Notes under the pieces: model-generated | What the model was told of the DNA's origin: nothing | Seen by the model: only the letters and a program-made list of their open reading frames with translations | The model's database searches: none | Program-made: the position numbers and the translations under genes | NCBI GenBank assembly: GCA_024679065.1 | Contig: JAGIQG010000040.1 | Coordinates: forward strand, 6,014,001 to 6,078,000 | Source of the DNA: Sphyrna mokarran | Lineage: Eukaryota | DNA: 64,000 nucleotides | Reading direction: 5' to 3' | Shown here: positions 35,001-49,756 of the stretch, in pieces | How the letters are laid out: each line of letters starts with the position of its first letter | Numbering within the stretch: position 1 is the stretch's first letter

Positions 35001-36493
35001 TCCTGCAGCAACACAGCGTAGTTGAATATTGTAGACAGGCAGATTTGTTTCTGGGTGTTTCAATCTGTTTCTGTGGTCTAGAAACAGTTATCACCTAACA
35101 CGCGAAAAGTCTCTGCTTCAAAACTGGGCAGAAACGGTCATTAAGCTTTCTCACGTCTGGTAAGGGAAAATTGCTTGATTTCAGTTTATTATTCAACATT
35201 ATCCGAACCTCGATATTTAAAGCATGATATCATTGCTCTAACATCGCCCGCAAATGCTTTCTGTGAAATAAGAAACGCTTCACTTTTTGATGCACTGGCA
35301 GGAAAGTTCGATTTTGACACCACGCACATCTCGTTCAGTCTACACAGAACTTAATGGGTTTATAGATGCAAACTAATATGGTCAATCACCGTCTGAAATA
35401 TCTGATAGTAAAGTGTGTTCAAAAAGACGGATACAAGTGATACTGTAAGTGAACTAGCGGGAATGGGGCACATTTCACAGAAAAATCTCTTTTTTAAATC
35501 GTGTTTTGATCACTAAGATACAGAAAAAGCCATTCAGACAGATGAGGGAATGGAGATTCAGTGCGGATCTTCTGGACTTTCCTATAAAGGGCCGGAACTT
35601 ATGTATGTGGTATAATACCATATATTCAATTGGTGTCAGCTCTTGGTCAGAATCAGTTAAGTTACAAGGAGCGTACTTCGCAGGGCAGTGATTAAACCAA
35701 TCTCAAAAATAGATCGTTTCTGTATCGATTTTGATTCATGATGTGGAGCTGCTGTCGTGAAACTGGGGTAGGCATAGGAAGTAGTCTCGCAACGCCAGGC
35801 TAAAGTCCAACAGGTTTAATTTGATCGCACGAGCTTTTGAAGCACTGTCCCTTCATCAGGTGAGTGCAGGAATTGTTTCACAGGCAGTGCATATATAGAC
35901 ACAAACTCAAGTACTAAATAATGGTTGGAATTCGAGCCTTAGCAGGTAATTAAGCCTTTACAAGAGCAAAAAATGTGAATGAAGAGAGGGTTCAACACAG
36001 CTTATAGAAGTGTGAATTGTAGCCAAGCAGGACAGTTAGGCAGAATCACTTTTGATTCAAAACGTCTCCCTCATGCTGGAATATATTCATTCTCAATTGG
36101 TTCTTGATTTAATGGTGATCATTAGCAAACTGTCTTTTAGTCTCAATCTCAAACACCTCAACGAATTCCCCCCTATCGGAACAACAGATCAGCCCAGTTT
36201 TGGGCATTTCCATTCACTGGAATGCAATTTGCTACAGGGAAGACTTGCGCCAGTTCTAAGGCCAAGGATTACATAGATTCAGATATGATTCTCTCTGTGT
36301 CCATCTGTCCAATTCGATTCTACAGTTTGTTCTATTTTCTATGTCGCCCCGGGAAACAGTTGTGCGTCAGTTTGTTTCGAGGTTAATGTGGCTTAATTGC
36401 ATTGTATGTTTGAACGGCTGAGAGCAGTGCTCCTCATTGCGGCTGCATCTGTCCCAGATTCTACACAAACCCCAGACAGGAGCTCCCACACAC

Positions 36494-36532
36494 AGTTTTT
36501 GTACAGGGGACAGACTGTTTTGTAGCACTGTG
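36494..36532 (-). other. 23-RSS of V7
   Basis: CACAGTG (36526-36532), 23-bp spacer, ACAAAAACT (36494-36502). Confidence 0.96.
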
Positions 36533-36990
36533 AGGCTGAATGCACAGTAATATACAGCAGAGTCTGTCAGCTGCAAACTCGAGATAGTCAAACTGGTGAA
36601 TTTCTTCGCGATCTGAAGCTCCATGGAGAAACGTGTTTTAGCAAAATCTGCGTTCTCTTCATAACTATTGGTGTTCTTCAGCCAAACAAACTCGGGTTGT
36701 ATCTCTGGATACTGTCGGTACCAATATAACACATAGCTGCTCATTGTAGTCTCATAGTTACAGTTTAAGGTCACCGCTTCTCCTTCTGTCTTTGTATCTG
36801 ATGAAAGCGGCTGAGAGACAGTGTCTGCATGCGCCCCATCTGAAAGAAGAACAGAAAAGTTACCATCGGCAGCTGATCAAATTCTGATTTAGCCCATGGG
36901 TGGGAAACTAGACAAAAGACGAAATGTCTTTCCTCCACGGTTACCTGTCAGGAATGCTCCCCACACAATCCAGATGCTGAGTAGTCGCAT
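36533..36990 (-). CDS. TCR alpha/delta-type V gene segment V7 (leader 36945-36990, V exon 36533-36839)
   Basis: V4 subfamily, nearly identical to V4; open frame and intact splice sites. Confidence 0.92.
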
Positions 36991-38179
36991 TCTATCTGCC
37001 CGCTCTGTAAATGGGCTGCTCGGTATTTGAAGACGCTCTTTGTAATCCTCGCCTCCTATAATCTGCTGTCGTGTTTCGGTCTGTTCTCAGCTCACTTCCT
37101 GTGTCCCCAGATTGACATATCGTGAGGTCGCAGGCAGTTACTAAAAGCACCTTGACACCGAATGCTATCACTGTTCTTAAAAAAGGGAATGGATCCGGAT
37201 TTATTTTCCGGGTTGGGACAGAAACCGTTCCACAAACGCTGTGATCCAACAGGATGCTATTAATAAAGAGAAGGAATCCATTTAATTTTACCATTTTTTT
37301 CTAATAATGCATATTTAACATTATCATTAACAAAGCAAGATGAGACACACAGGGGCAGTAAAAGGAATAGGGGAACATGAGCGTGTTTGCAAGCAAGTGA
37401 TCGACGGGAACATATTGAGAAAAATTAAGAGGTTATTTACTTTGGCAAGAAAAATAGGAAACAATAAAATCATACACTTAAATGGTGAGAATCAATTATA
37501 TTGTGGTGTGCAGCCGTATCTCACCGTCCTTCTATACACACATAACCTACAGGTGGAGACAGCAATCCAGAACGCAAATATAATTTTGGCCTTCATTTCA
37601 AAGCAATTGAGCTGCACCAGAATGGTCACATTGCAGCAATGGAAGAGGACTTGGGTTTAGCCCCATTTGGAGCGGCTTCCCGTCAGTAATCTTAAGGGAG
37701 GGTGCATTTGCTCAAGGTTTGTAGGCGAAATGTTCAAGTGGTAATGGAGAGGCTCCTTAACCCTTACCTGCCCCTATTCATTAGACCCCATGGCAGCACT
37801 TGAGAAAAAGGAGTCTTGAAAGAGGAAGAAATAATGAAGGATTGTTTGAGGAAAGGAGAGCCGGAGAGGCAGATAAATAATGGAGAGAGGGGCTATGCGG
37901 GAGTCAGAGATGGAATGGAAGATGCAGTGAGAGAGAGGGCAATGAATGATTAGGAAAATAATTGGTGGTTTGGAGAGATAGAATATGATTTGGAAACACA
38001 GAAAGAGGTAAGGCGGCTTCCATAGCTGAATAGCTCACTAGATGTCAAAACAGAATTCGGAGCTTTGGTTCCTGTCTGTAGTCAGTGTCACGACGTGAAC
38101 CGTCTATCCCTTAATTCGCAGCTAGCATTGTGAGCAATATACAAATGGATCCTTCCTGCCTTTTTTTCCCATTCCTTTC

Positions 38180-39937
38180 AACCATTTCTTCTGACAATCC
38201 ACTGCGTCCACGCCTTTCATAGTCTTGAAGACATTTATCAGGTCTCCACTTAACCTCCATCCCTCCAGTGAGAACAAACCAAACTTCTCCAAACTCTCCT
38301 CATAGGTAATGCCCTCCATACCAGGCTACATCCTGGTAAATCTTTTCTGTGCCCTCTCCAAAGCCTCCACGTCCTTCTGGTAGTGCGGCGACCAGAATTG
38401 TGTACCTGTACATCCAGATCCCTTTGCCAATCAATACTCTTAAGCGTTCTGCCATTTACTGTATGGTTTCCATCTGTGTTAGGCCTTCCAAAATGCATTA
38501 CCTCACATTTGTCTGGATTATGCTCCATCATTCATCTCGACACCCAAGTCTCCAACTGTTCTATATCCTGTTGCATCCTCTGATGGTCCTCATCACTATC
38601 CACAAATCCACCAACCTTTGCGTCGTCTGCAAGCTTACTAATCAATCCAGTTACATTTTACTCCAATTTATATATATATATTACAAGGTGCAAAAGTCCC
38701 AGCACTGATCTCTGAAGAACAGCACTTGTCACAGCCCTCCATTCAGAAATGCACCATTCCACTGCTACTCTCTGTCTTCTTTGACCAAGCTAATTTTGTA
38801 CCCATCTTGCCAGCTCATCTCTGATCCCATGCGGTTTCACCTTCTGCACCATTCTGCCATGAGGGACCTTGTCAATGGCCTTACTGAAGTCCATGTAGAC
38901 AACATCCACTGTCCTACCCGCATCAATCATCTTCATCACTTCCTCAAAAAACTCGATCCAGTTCATGAGACACAACCTCCCCATCACAAAACCACGTTGC
39001 CTCGGACAAATAAGTCCTATTATTTCCAAGTGGGAATAAATACTGTCTCGAAGAATCCTCTCCAATTATTTCCCTACCACTGAAGTAAGGCTCACCGGCC
39101 TGTAATTACCTGGATTATTCTTGCTACCCTTCTTAAATAAGTGTCTATTCTCCAATCTTCTGAGATATTGTCTATACAGTAAGCGGTCTGACAACACAAG
39201 GTTTAAATCCAACCGATTTATTTGACAGTAAACTCACAAGCTTTCGACCCTCTGGCCTTCGTCAGGTGAATGAGACGTTCCGGTCTCAAACACCTCATTC
39301 ACCTGACGAAGACCAGAGATTCAAAATTTTGTGAGTTTATTATCAAATAAGTCGGTTGGATTTAAACCTGGTGTTGTCAGACTTCTTGCTATGTTTACCC
39401 CAGTCCAACGCCAGCATCTCTACATATTCCCTGTAGTCAATGAGGCTACAAAGATTTTTCTTGCTTCTCTCGGTATACTGGGATATGTCCCACCAGGCCC
39501 TGGAGACTTGTCTACCTTGATGTTTCTCAAGAACCTCCTCCATTTTGATCTCAACATGACTCCAACTATCTACACATCCTTTCCCCGACTCCTCATCCAC
39601 CAAGTCCTTCTCTTTGGTGAATACTGACGCAAAGTAGTCATTTAATACCTCACTCATTTCCTCTGGATCCATGCGTAGATTCCTTCCCTTGTCCTTGAGT
39701 GGGCCAACCCCCTCCCTGGCTACGCTCTTGCTCTTTACATATGTGTAGAAAGCCTTGCTATTTTCCTTCATCATGCTGGCCAATGCTATTTCATGACCCC
39801 TTTTAGCTCTTCCTAGTTTTTGCTTAAGTTTTTTTCTACTTTTCTTGTATTCCACACTTGCTTCTGTGTTCCCAGCCTCCTAGCTTTGACAAGTGTTTCT
39901 TTTTACACTCTAACTAGGCTCACAATATCTCTCAGTT
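38180..39937 (-). mobile_element. Duplicate of the degenerate CR1 LINE
   Basis: Collinear with 19295-21050. Confidence 0.9.
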
Positions 39938-41822
39938 TGACCATCTCGGGTATTACTGCGATCTCGCTGAAACTCACAGCGATGGAAAGCAGTCTGATTC
40001 CTGAAAAAAAACTGCCTTGAATTATAAGCTGAAAATCCTGTCTGCTGCGGGTTGCTCAGAATCGCGGGCAGATGCAGCCATAATGTGACTGTCAGTTAAC
40101 GCAAGAATCCTCATTAATCTGGGATCAACCCAAGTGTTTCCAGTATTCTGCCACTTCAATCATTGTGTGTCTATGAGTCTGTGAGATCCCTCAGCGCTGA
40201 ACTGGCTGATATCGAAAAGGAAATCCTCGAGCCGAGCTGATTTCAGCACCTCGATCGGGGAACGGGTACACTGTTCCAAATGGGGTCGCGGGGATGAAAC
40301 ACTGCTCTGTCAATTAACAGCACCAAATTCTGGGTTGCTTAGAGTAACAAACAACATTAAAGAAACATTCTGAAGTTCACTGGTCATTGGGGGAATTCTG
40401 CGCTCATTGTCCATTTAAAAGATCACAGTCACTTCATTGTGAAATTTCTTCATTTTGTATACACTTCCTTAGAAGCAGCAGCACATCTCTCAGATCAAAT
40501 AAACCCAGTGACCAGGCCTCAGTAAAAGAATTCAGAACCCGTCAGGAGAGACGGGGATCGAGTTGCTCAGTATTCGAGACATGGAAACTGCATCCTAGGG
40601 CAACAACTAAACTAATAAAATCGAATAGATTTAAAAAGATCGGCGATAGCACAAATGCAAGTTAAAATAAACTAATATAACTTCTCAAACGTTGCTCACA
40701 TCTTGTTGGGGTATTTTTTGATATTTTGGGAAGGTCCCAGTGACTCACACAGACAGTGAATTATTGGTTCTGTTTATCAGCATTAGAGCGCCCTCTGGTG
40801 TTACAGAACTGGAACTCCCCGGTGTGGGGTTATTGTCCGGGATCCGCTCTATCTCTGCACCAGTGTGGGCTCCGGGGCACAGAAATACACGGCGGTGTCG
40901 GAGAGAAGCTTCCCGGCTATATTAAAAAGAACAGTTTTATTTCCTTTGCGCAAAACAGCAGGAAAATCTGTCCGGTAGATCTTGAAAAATTATCGTCCGT
41001 GTTATATATCTTCAATAAATATTTATTTTAAATATTAATGCACACAATAATCCCGAACTGCAATTCCAGACAATATCTCCCATGAGGAATGGGTAACAAA
41101 ATTCTTATACGGTGCCTGTTGGCAAATGGGTGAACGCGCCCCCGAGCCCCTGTTGCAAACTTTCATTCCAATGTTAGGATTGTAAGTTTGCAACAGGGAA
41201 TGAACAATGTTATTCAATATTGGCACTTTATCAACCGGATACCAGTTCCAATCATCCAGTGACTAAATTACCCCGAGCCTCACAGAGACCAGCGCCCGCG
41301 GGAAGTACAATCTGTCAGCAGATGGCGACATTGTAGTATTTAAATCGCAAGATATGAAACTGCAGATTGAAATCACAGCTGAGTTTAGTTTTCTTGATAC
41401 CAGCTTCCCTGGAAGAGTGCAGTCCCAACACTATCGCCACCATTTCAAATGCAATGAGGAAAGTGCAATAAATTGTGGTCTCAGCAACGAAACCCACATT
41501 CGGTCAAATTAATTTTAAAATGGATTGTCTAGGGGATATTTGCAGTGTCCCGTTCCCCAGTGACCTCGAGTGGGGCTGAATTGCAATCAGTTTTACACTG
41601 TTTAAGCTGACCATATTTGAAGAGATCCCTGATCACAAATACCAGTCCAAAAAATCTCCTTCCGGCCCGTCAAGGCCAGTTGTGTGCAGAGTAATATTTT
41701 ACAGTGATAAAGATATTTTTTAAAATACACAACTTATTTGAATGAAACAGAAAAAAATCCGTATCATTCATTCCTGGAATTATAGTGTTTCTCCGTTATC
41801 ATCGCTGGGTCAGTTTAGAATG

Positions 41823-42066
41823 CAGTAAGAAGTCTCACGGCATCAGATTAAAGTCCAATCAGTTTATTTGATAGTAAATTCACAAGCTTTCAGGGTTTGC
41901 CCCTTCGTCAGGTGTGGGAGAGTTCTGTTCTGAACTGTCCACTCACATGACGAAGTGGCAAACCCCGAAAGCTTGTGGGTTACTATTAAATAAGCCTGTG
42001 GACTTCAACCTGATGTTGTGAGACTTCTTACTGTCTTTACCCCAGTCCAACGCTGGCATCTCCACA
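41823..42066. mobile_element. Palindromic Penelope-type element (family A), duplicate
   Basis: Same site in cassette A'. Confidence 0.75.
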
Positions 42067-43131
42067 CCAGTTTAGAATGTGCAGAGGTTAATTCCAAACT
42101 AAAAGCATGGTTCCCTTGTGATAGAGAACAAAACTTGCGGGATAACGTTAATAAACTCCTCAAGATCTCCTTAGAAATTGTGAGATTGTGTTTTATTTTT
42201 CGCCATGATGTTTCTTGGTTTGTGATAACCTCTTCTTCAGAAATCAGTGGTGGTAAGGTCATTGAACAAAATCACGATGGTGATGGGGTCGATTATTGAA
42301 TGACCAGGGAGTCAGACTGTACAGGGGGAGACATGGGAATACAGATGTGACAATTCAATCAGCCAGGATCTTATCAAATGTCGGGCAGTCTCGGGGTGGC
42401 AGAGTTGCTTAATCCTGCTCCGAATTTGTCTGTTCACATGGCTACAAGCGGATTTATTATATGAGTTGATTACAAATCGCCTTGATACAGACGTTAAACG
42501 GCATAAATGCCCTCATGATGTTTTAATGTGCTTTTTGTCTCCTTTACTCCCATTTCCCCGCCTGTGAAACAACCATTTCTCATCTCCGCTCTCAGCAGCT
42601 TATAACTGGCCTGTTCAGAGGCTGTATTTCATCAGTGCGTGTTCCTGCATCAGAAACAGCGGATCTGCAATCAACATGTCCCACAGAGTAATGGAGAATG
42701 GGCTGCTTGTGTTTCAGTCTGTCTCACGGAGGATAATATTGTTTCCCCTTTTCCTTTAACTGTTCTTTTTATGATGATCATTAACAAACCTCACAGCAGA
42801 TCGCTGTCTCTCACTGGGACATTGGCTGCAGCACAGATCCAGGGGGTTTCTTTCATTGATATCCAGCTCATACAGGACGCCCGGTCACTGAGGGCGGGGA
42901 TTATAACGGCTGCCTTCACTTATGATTCTGGGATGTTTTCTCTCTTCCGCTGCAGTTGTGCAGCTCATTTTCTCGGCCTCTCCCGCTAACCGTTGGCTGA
43001 CAGTTTGATCCGAGGTTAATCTGGTTTCCTCTCGGTGTGTATCTGAGCGCCTGCGAGCGCCGCTGCTTTGCAGCAACCGCAGTCCTGCTTAAAGCTCAAC
43101 AGAGCGGAGCTCGCACTGACAACCCAAAGGC

Positions 43132-43170
43132 AGTTTTTGTACAGGGGTGAGACTGCTTTCCATCACTGTG
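43132..43170 (-). other. 23-RSS of V8
   Basis: CACAGTG (43164-43170), 23-bp spacer, ACAAAAACT (43132-43140). Confidence 0.96.
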
Positions 43171-43625
43171 ATGGACTGAAAGCGCAGTAATACACGGCGG
43201 CATCAGTCAGCTGCAGATCCGAGATCTTTAAACTGGTGAATTTAGTCGAGGTCTGAAGATTTATAGAGAAACGGCTTTTGGCAAAATCTGCCTTACGTTC
43301 ATTATTATCTGTATCTCTCCGCGCTATAAACTCGGGCTGGTTTCCTGGGAGTTGCCGGTACCAGTGTAATGTATAGTCGCTCTGTGTAGTTTCATAGTTA
43401 CAGGTTAATACGAGCTCTGCTCCTTCTGCTTTAACATCTGAGGGCAGCGACTGAGTGACAGAATCTCCATGAGTTAAATCTGGAAAATAGAACATTAATA
43501 AGAAAAACTTTAGACCGGTGGCTGATTGAAATGTGATTCCAATCAAGCTTGGGGAATGAAAAAGCGCATCCACATTTACCTGTCAGCAATGTTCCCCACA
43601 CAACCCAGATGCTGAGCAGCCGCAT
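43171..43625 (-). CDS. TCR alpha/delta-type V gene segment V8 (leader 43580-43625, V exon 43171-43479)
   Basis: V3 subfamily; CDR2 region IARRDTDNNER; open frame. Confidence 0.92.
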
Positions 43626-46600
43626 TGTCTCTGTCCTCTCTGTGAAAGGGGAGAGGGGGTTTGGATATTTAGCCTCCCTTTTTAAACCCCGCCCTTAATA
43701 ATCTGTTACCGGCTCTCAGGCTGCGCTCCCCTCACTTCCTCGCTTTCCCATTGGTGCTGTGAGGCCGGCAGAGAGCAAAGAGAATCAACCCCCGGGCTGC
43801 ATTCCGCTCACTGTTCTTGCAGAGAAAATGCTTCCAGAATTATACACCAGAGTTGGGGAAGGAACACCTTCACCATAATTGTACCAAAGAAAGTAAATAA
43901 TTTTTCAATGAGTTTGTCACTTTGTTTTCACGGATTTGGCTCCACTATCAGCGTAGTGATAACCATGACTCCAGTGAAATTCCTCTCAAGGGCTTTAATT
44001 ATTATTAATATATGAAGTAATTGTATATGAAGCGGGCTTGTTGGGCCGAAGGGCCTGTGTATCGTGCTGTGTTGTTCTTTGTTCTTTGTTCTAATGTCAG
44101 AGTTGCTGGAAAGTCTTGTTTTTCTACTCAATTCTCCCCTTGAGAAGGAGAGAGAGTTTGAAGCGCTTTTAAACTGCTGTGATCTCTCAGATCGATTAAC
44201 ATGGAGAAAGAGTATGTGTAATGCATTCAGCTTTTCCACTAGTGCAAAGTTCCTCCGGATGCTGCGGTTTCATCCCAAACTCCAAAGATGTGCAGGATAG
44301 GTGGATTGGCCACGCCATCTTGCCCCTCAGTGTCCCAAGGAGTGTGTATAGGTTGGGCGGGGGTGTTAGCGGGTTGAATATGTGGGCTCCGGGGATAAAG
44401 CCTGTGTAGGATTGTTGTCGGGAAGTCGGTGCAGGTTCAGGATTTTATGGTCTTGTGATATTCAGGCAAAAAATGCTTTTAAAAACATGTTAAAGGAACC
44501 TGCAGCCGACATTGGAGCGTAATCATTATCCCATCACACCTCATTATAGATAAAACACTCCAGTGCATTTTACCGTTCTGCTCTCAATGTTGGAAATGTT
44601 CTAAAGGGAAATGTTTCATTGAGAATGTCAACATCGAGACGCAGTTGCCTACCAATGCTGTTGCTGCGGAACTTTGGACCATAGTTCCGTAGATGCCGTT
44701 TCAAGTAGCTGTATTTGGTTGCATTGAACTGGGTTGCAATCATTAGTGTCTATTTTTGTTGAGTATGAAGGTAACTATCTGGAATATATTCACTGAGAGC
44801 GAGTCAATATCCCAATGCTGAAACTCTAGTAGAGCTGAAACGCCCTCTGGTGGTATTTTTTCTAATTGCGCGCCTCAATGTTCCACTTCTCCCTGAGAGA
44901 TTGCACAGGACTGTGTTGTGGTGTGGGAGATCCTTACTCTTGGACAGGATGACTCGTGTGGTGGGGAAGAGAAAGATATTTTACTCTGAGGGATTTTTTT
45001 TGCGCTGATTGGGCCCAAGGATGGATATGCATTTTGCCTGTTGGGAAATTAATTTGGGAAAATTATGATTTATACATTATGCTTTCAAGATTTATTTTTA
45101 AAAAAACAATGAGGGAACATTTTACAGAAAAGTTTTATTTTAAAATGCACAGAAGAGAACGTAACGATTGGTTTTCAAATTGAGAACAAAGCACGTGTGC
45201 TCTAAGCTGCCCAATGTATGTAGAACCGATACCAGAAAGAGAAACCAGGAGTTCAACAAAAAGAGAAGGAAACAATTCTTCATAATCAGTATGAAAAGTT
45301 GCTTATCTATTCCTGAAATGTCGGTGAAACTACGAGCCATATTTAATTTACAATATTTAATATGGGTTCTCGATCTCTGGTCTTGCTCACGGTGCCACTG
45401 AGCGCTTGGCTGTTTCTCAAACCATCATCCACTTGAACTGTCACTGCTTCCGATCCTCTCTGCTTCCTGTGTGTAGCAGCAGAGTATATTGGTTCATAGC
45501 GGCTGAATCATAGACTGTTGTAGCGCTAACAGGGACCATTCGGCCATTTCTCACGTACTGTCTCTGTTAATGCCTTGCCCACTTATTCTTTATCTGCAGC
45601 TTGCATTCAATCATACATTCTTAAAATTTCCAATTGCTGGTCAAATATTTATCCACCTGATCCCTGAAAATTACTTATAGATCCTGTCTCCATTACAGTT
45701 TGACATGCAGCATCGCGTCTTCAAACAGCTCAAAACACAAAGGTCACTCACTTCGGAATCACCGGAAATGCTGCCATCCAGTCAGGCACTGAGACACCAG
45801 CCCACTGTCTTTGTTTCTGTCCAACCTTTTCCAAACCTGCTTTGAATGGGTACTAGTCTGCCAACTACTTTTTGGAAGTTATTCTTCATTAGAAAGAAAT
45901 AGAAAACAGAACCCAGCCAGATGAGGGAATCGAGACACAATGCGGATCTACTGGACTTTCCTAAAGATAGCCGGAATTTATGCGCCTGAATGTTTTATAA
46001 TTCCATCATTAAAAGGCTCAAGTGCAACTAACCGATGCCTTTTCAATCTTTTCCATGTAAATGGAATTGATTTTGTTTAACGACAGATTATAATCAACGT
46101 CAAAATTGCGGTATCATTGCCAGACTCGGTTCCATCTGTTGATCAGTTATATTTACAATTCAATGATATTCAATTTCAGAGACGTTCAAATCATTGTGAA
46201 GAATTATTTGTGAAATATTGCATTGACATCAAATATTGAAACAAATACTGTGCACACAAAGACTGAATGAGCTTTGGCAAAGTGTCATCTGGGTCCTTAA
46301 CTCTCCTTACAGGTGCTGTCAGATATTGTGAGATTTTGCAGCATTTTCTCTTTTCTCATCCGCAGTAATTTGCTTTTGTTTCTGAGTACAATCGATTGAG
46401 ATTATTCAAAGAAAATGATGCGTTAATGAACGGGCAGAAATGATTGCTGTCTTAGATATTCGCGAGGCGAACAATTTTAAATTTTGATGTTCTGGTTAAG
46501 TCTTACAATCAGGTTGAAAGCAACGATTATCTTTCTGAATTAAGTGACATGGGCTGTCAGTCTAACCATCGGATCCTGCAGCAACACAGCGTAGTTGAAT

Positions 46601-48068
46601 ATTGTAGACAGGCAGATTTGTTTCTGGGTGTTTCAATCTGCTTCTGTAGTCTAGCAATTATCACCTACCACGCGAAAACTCCCTGGTTCAAAACTGGGCA
46701 GAAACGGTCATTAAAAGCTTTCTCGCGCCTGGTAAGGGAAAATTGCTTGATTTCAGTTTATTCTTCAACATTATCCAAACCTCGATATTTAAAGCATGAT
46801 ATCATTGCTCTAACATCGCCCGCAAATGCTTTCTGTGAAGTAAGAAACGCTTCACTTTTTGATGCACTGGCAGGAAAGTTCGATTTTGACACCACGCACA
46901 TGTTCACATCTCGTTCAGTCTACACAGAACTTAATGGGTTTATAGGCGCAAACTAATATGGTCAATCACCGTCTGAAATATCTGATAGTAAAGTGTGTTC
47001 AAAAAGACGGATACAAGCGATACTGTAAGTGAACTAGCGGAAATGGGGCACATTTCACAGAAAAATCTTTTTTTTTAATCTTGTTTTGATCACTAAGATA
47101 CAGAAAAAGCCACTCAGACAGATGAGGGAATGGAGACTCAGTGCGGATCTTCTGGACTTTCCTATAAAGGGCCGGAACTTATGTATGTGGTATAATACCA
47201 TATATTCAATTGGTGTCAGCTCTTGGTCAGAATCAGTTAAGTTACAAGGAGCATACTTCGCAGGGCAGTGATTAAACCAATCTCAAAAATAGATCGTTTC
47301 TGTATCGATTTTGATTCATGATGTGGAGTTGCTGTCGTTGAACTGGGGTAGGCATAGGAAGTAGTTCGCAACGTCAGGCTAAAGTCCAACAGGTTTAATT
47401 TGATCGCACGAGCTTTTGGAGCACTGTCCCTTCATCAGGTGAGTGCAGGAATTATTTCACAGGCAGTGCATATATAGACACAAACTAAAGTACTAAACAA
47501 TGGTTGGAATTCGAGTCTTAGCAGGTAATTAAGCCTTTACAAGAGCAAAAAATGTGAATGAAGAGAGGGTTCAACACAGCTTATAGAAGTGTGAATTGTA
47601 GCCAAGCAGGACAGTTAGGCAGAATCACTTTTGATTCAAAACGTCTCCCTCATGCTGGAATATATTCATTCTCAATTGGTTCTTGATTTAATGGTGATCA
47701 TCGACAAACTGTCTTTTAGTCTCAATCTCAAACACCTCAACGAATTCCCCCTATCGGAACAACATAGCGCAGTTTTGGGCGTTTCCATTCACTGGAATGC
47801 AATTTGCTACAGGGAAGACTTGCGCCAGTTCTAAGGCCCAGGATTAGATAGATTCAGATATGATTCTCTCTGTGTCCATCTGTCCAATTCGATTCTACAG
47901 TTTGTTCTATTTTCTATGTCGCCCCGGGAAACAGTTGTGCGTCAGTTTGTTTCGAGGTTAATGTGGCTTAATTGCATTGTATGTTTGAACGGCTGAGAGC
48001 AGTGCTCCTCATTGTGGCTGCATCTGTCCCACATTCTACACAAACCCCAGACAGGAGCTCCCACACAC

Positions 48069-48107
48069 AGTTTTTGTACAGGGGACAGACTGTTTTGTAG
48101 CACTGTG
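48069..48107 (-). other. 23-RSS of V9
   Basis: CACAGTG (48101-48107), 23-bp spacer, ACAAAAACT (48069-48077). Confidence 0.96.
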
Positions 48108-48565
48108 AGGCTGAATGCACAGTAATATACAGCAGAGTCTGTCAGCTGCAAACTCGAGATAGTCAAACTGGTGAATTTCTTCGCGATCTGAAGCTCCATG
48201 GAGAAACGTGTTTTAGCAAAATCTGCGTTCTCTTTATAATTATTGGTGGCCTTCAGCCAAACAAACTCGGGCTCTGTCTCTGGATACTGTCGGTACCAAT
48301 ATAACACATAGCTGCCCATTGTAGTCTCATAGTTACAGTTTAAAGTCACCGCTTCTCCTTCTGTCTTTGTATCTGATGAAAGCGGCTGAGTGACAGTGTC
48401 TGCATGAGCCCCATCTGAAAGAAGAACAGAAAAGTTACCATCGGCAGCTGATCAAATTCTGATTTAGCCCATGGGTGGGAAACTAGAGAAAAGACGAAAT
48501 GTCTTTCCTCCACGGTTACCTGTCAGGAATGCTCCCCACACAATCCAGATGCTGAGTAGTCGCAT
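48108..48565 (-). CDS. TCR alpha/delta-type V gene segment V9 (leader 48520-48565, V exon 48108-48414)
   Basis: V4 subfamily; NYETTMGSYVLY and WLKATNNYKEN; open frame. Confidence 0.92.
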
Positions 48566-49756
48566 TCTATCTGCCCGCTCTGTAAAAGGGCTGCTCGGTA
48601 TTTGAAGACACCCTTTGTAATCCTCGCCTTCTATAATCTGCTGTCGTGTTTCGGTCTGTTCTCAGCTCACTTCCTGTGTCCCCAGATTGACATATCGTGA
48701 GGTCGCAGGCAGTTACTAAAAGCACCTTGACACCGAATGCTATCACTGTTCTTAAAAAAGGGAATGGATCCGGATTTATTTTCCGGGTTGGGACAGAAAC
48801 CGTTCCACAAACGCTGTGATCCAACAGGATGCTATTAATAAAGAGAAGGAATCCATTTAACTTTACCATTTTTTTCTGATAATGCATATTTAACTTTATC
48901 ATTAACAAAGCAAGATGAGACACACAGGGGCAGTAAAAGGAATAGGGGAACATGAGCGTGTTTGCAAGCAAGTGATCGACGGGAACATATTGAGAAAAAT
49001 TAAGAGGATATTTACTTTGGCAAGAAAAATAGGAAACAATAAAATCATACACTTAAATGGTGAGAATCAATTATATTGTGGTATGCAGCCGTATCTCACC
49101 GCCCTTCTATACACACATAACCTACAGGTGGAGACAGCAATCCCGAAGGCAAATACAATTTTGGCCTTCATTTCAAAGCAATTGAGCTGCACCAGAATGG
49201 TCACATTGCAGCAATGGAAGAGGACTTGGGTTTAGCCACATTTGGAGCGGCTTCCCGTCAGTAATCTTAAGGGAGGGTGCATTTGCTCAAGGTTTGTAGG
49301 CGAAATGTTCAAGTGGTAATGGAGAGGCTCCTTAACCTTTACCTGCCCCTATTCATTAGACCCCATGGCAGCACTTGAGAAAGAGGAGTCTTGAAAGAGG
49401 AAGAAATAATGAAGGATTGTTTGAGGAAAGGAGAGCCGGAGAGGCAGATAAATAATGGAGAGAGGGGCTATGCGGGAGTCAGAGATGGAATGGAAGATGC
49501 AGTGAGAGAGAGGGCAATGAATGATTAGGAAAATAATTGGTGGTTTGGAGAGATAGAATATGATTTGGAAACACAGAAAGAGGTAAGGCGGCTTCCATAG
49601 CTGAATAGCTCACTAGATGTCAAAACAGAATTCGGAGCTTTGATTCCTGTCTGTAGTCAGTGTCACGACGTGAACCGTCTATCCCTTAATTCGCAGCTAG
49701 CAGTGTGAGCAATATACAAATGGATCCTTCCTGCCTTTTTTTCCCATTCCTTTCAA

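Noticed and set aside
48230-48320. Somatic hypermutation as the source of V9 CDR changes
   Set aside because: The segment is unrearranged with an intact RSS, so germline conversion or selection is more parsimonious.
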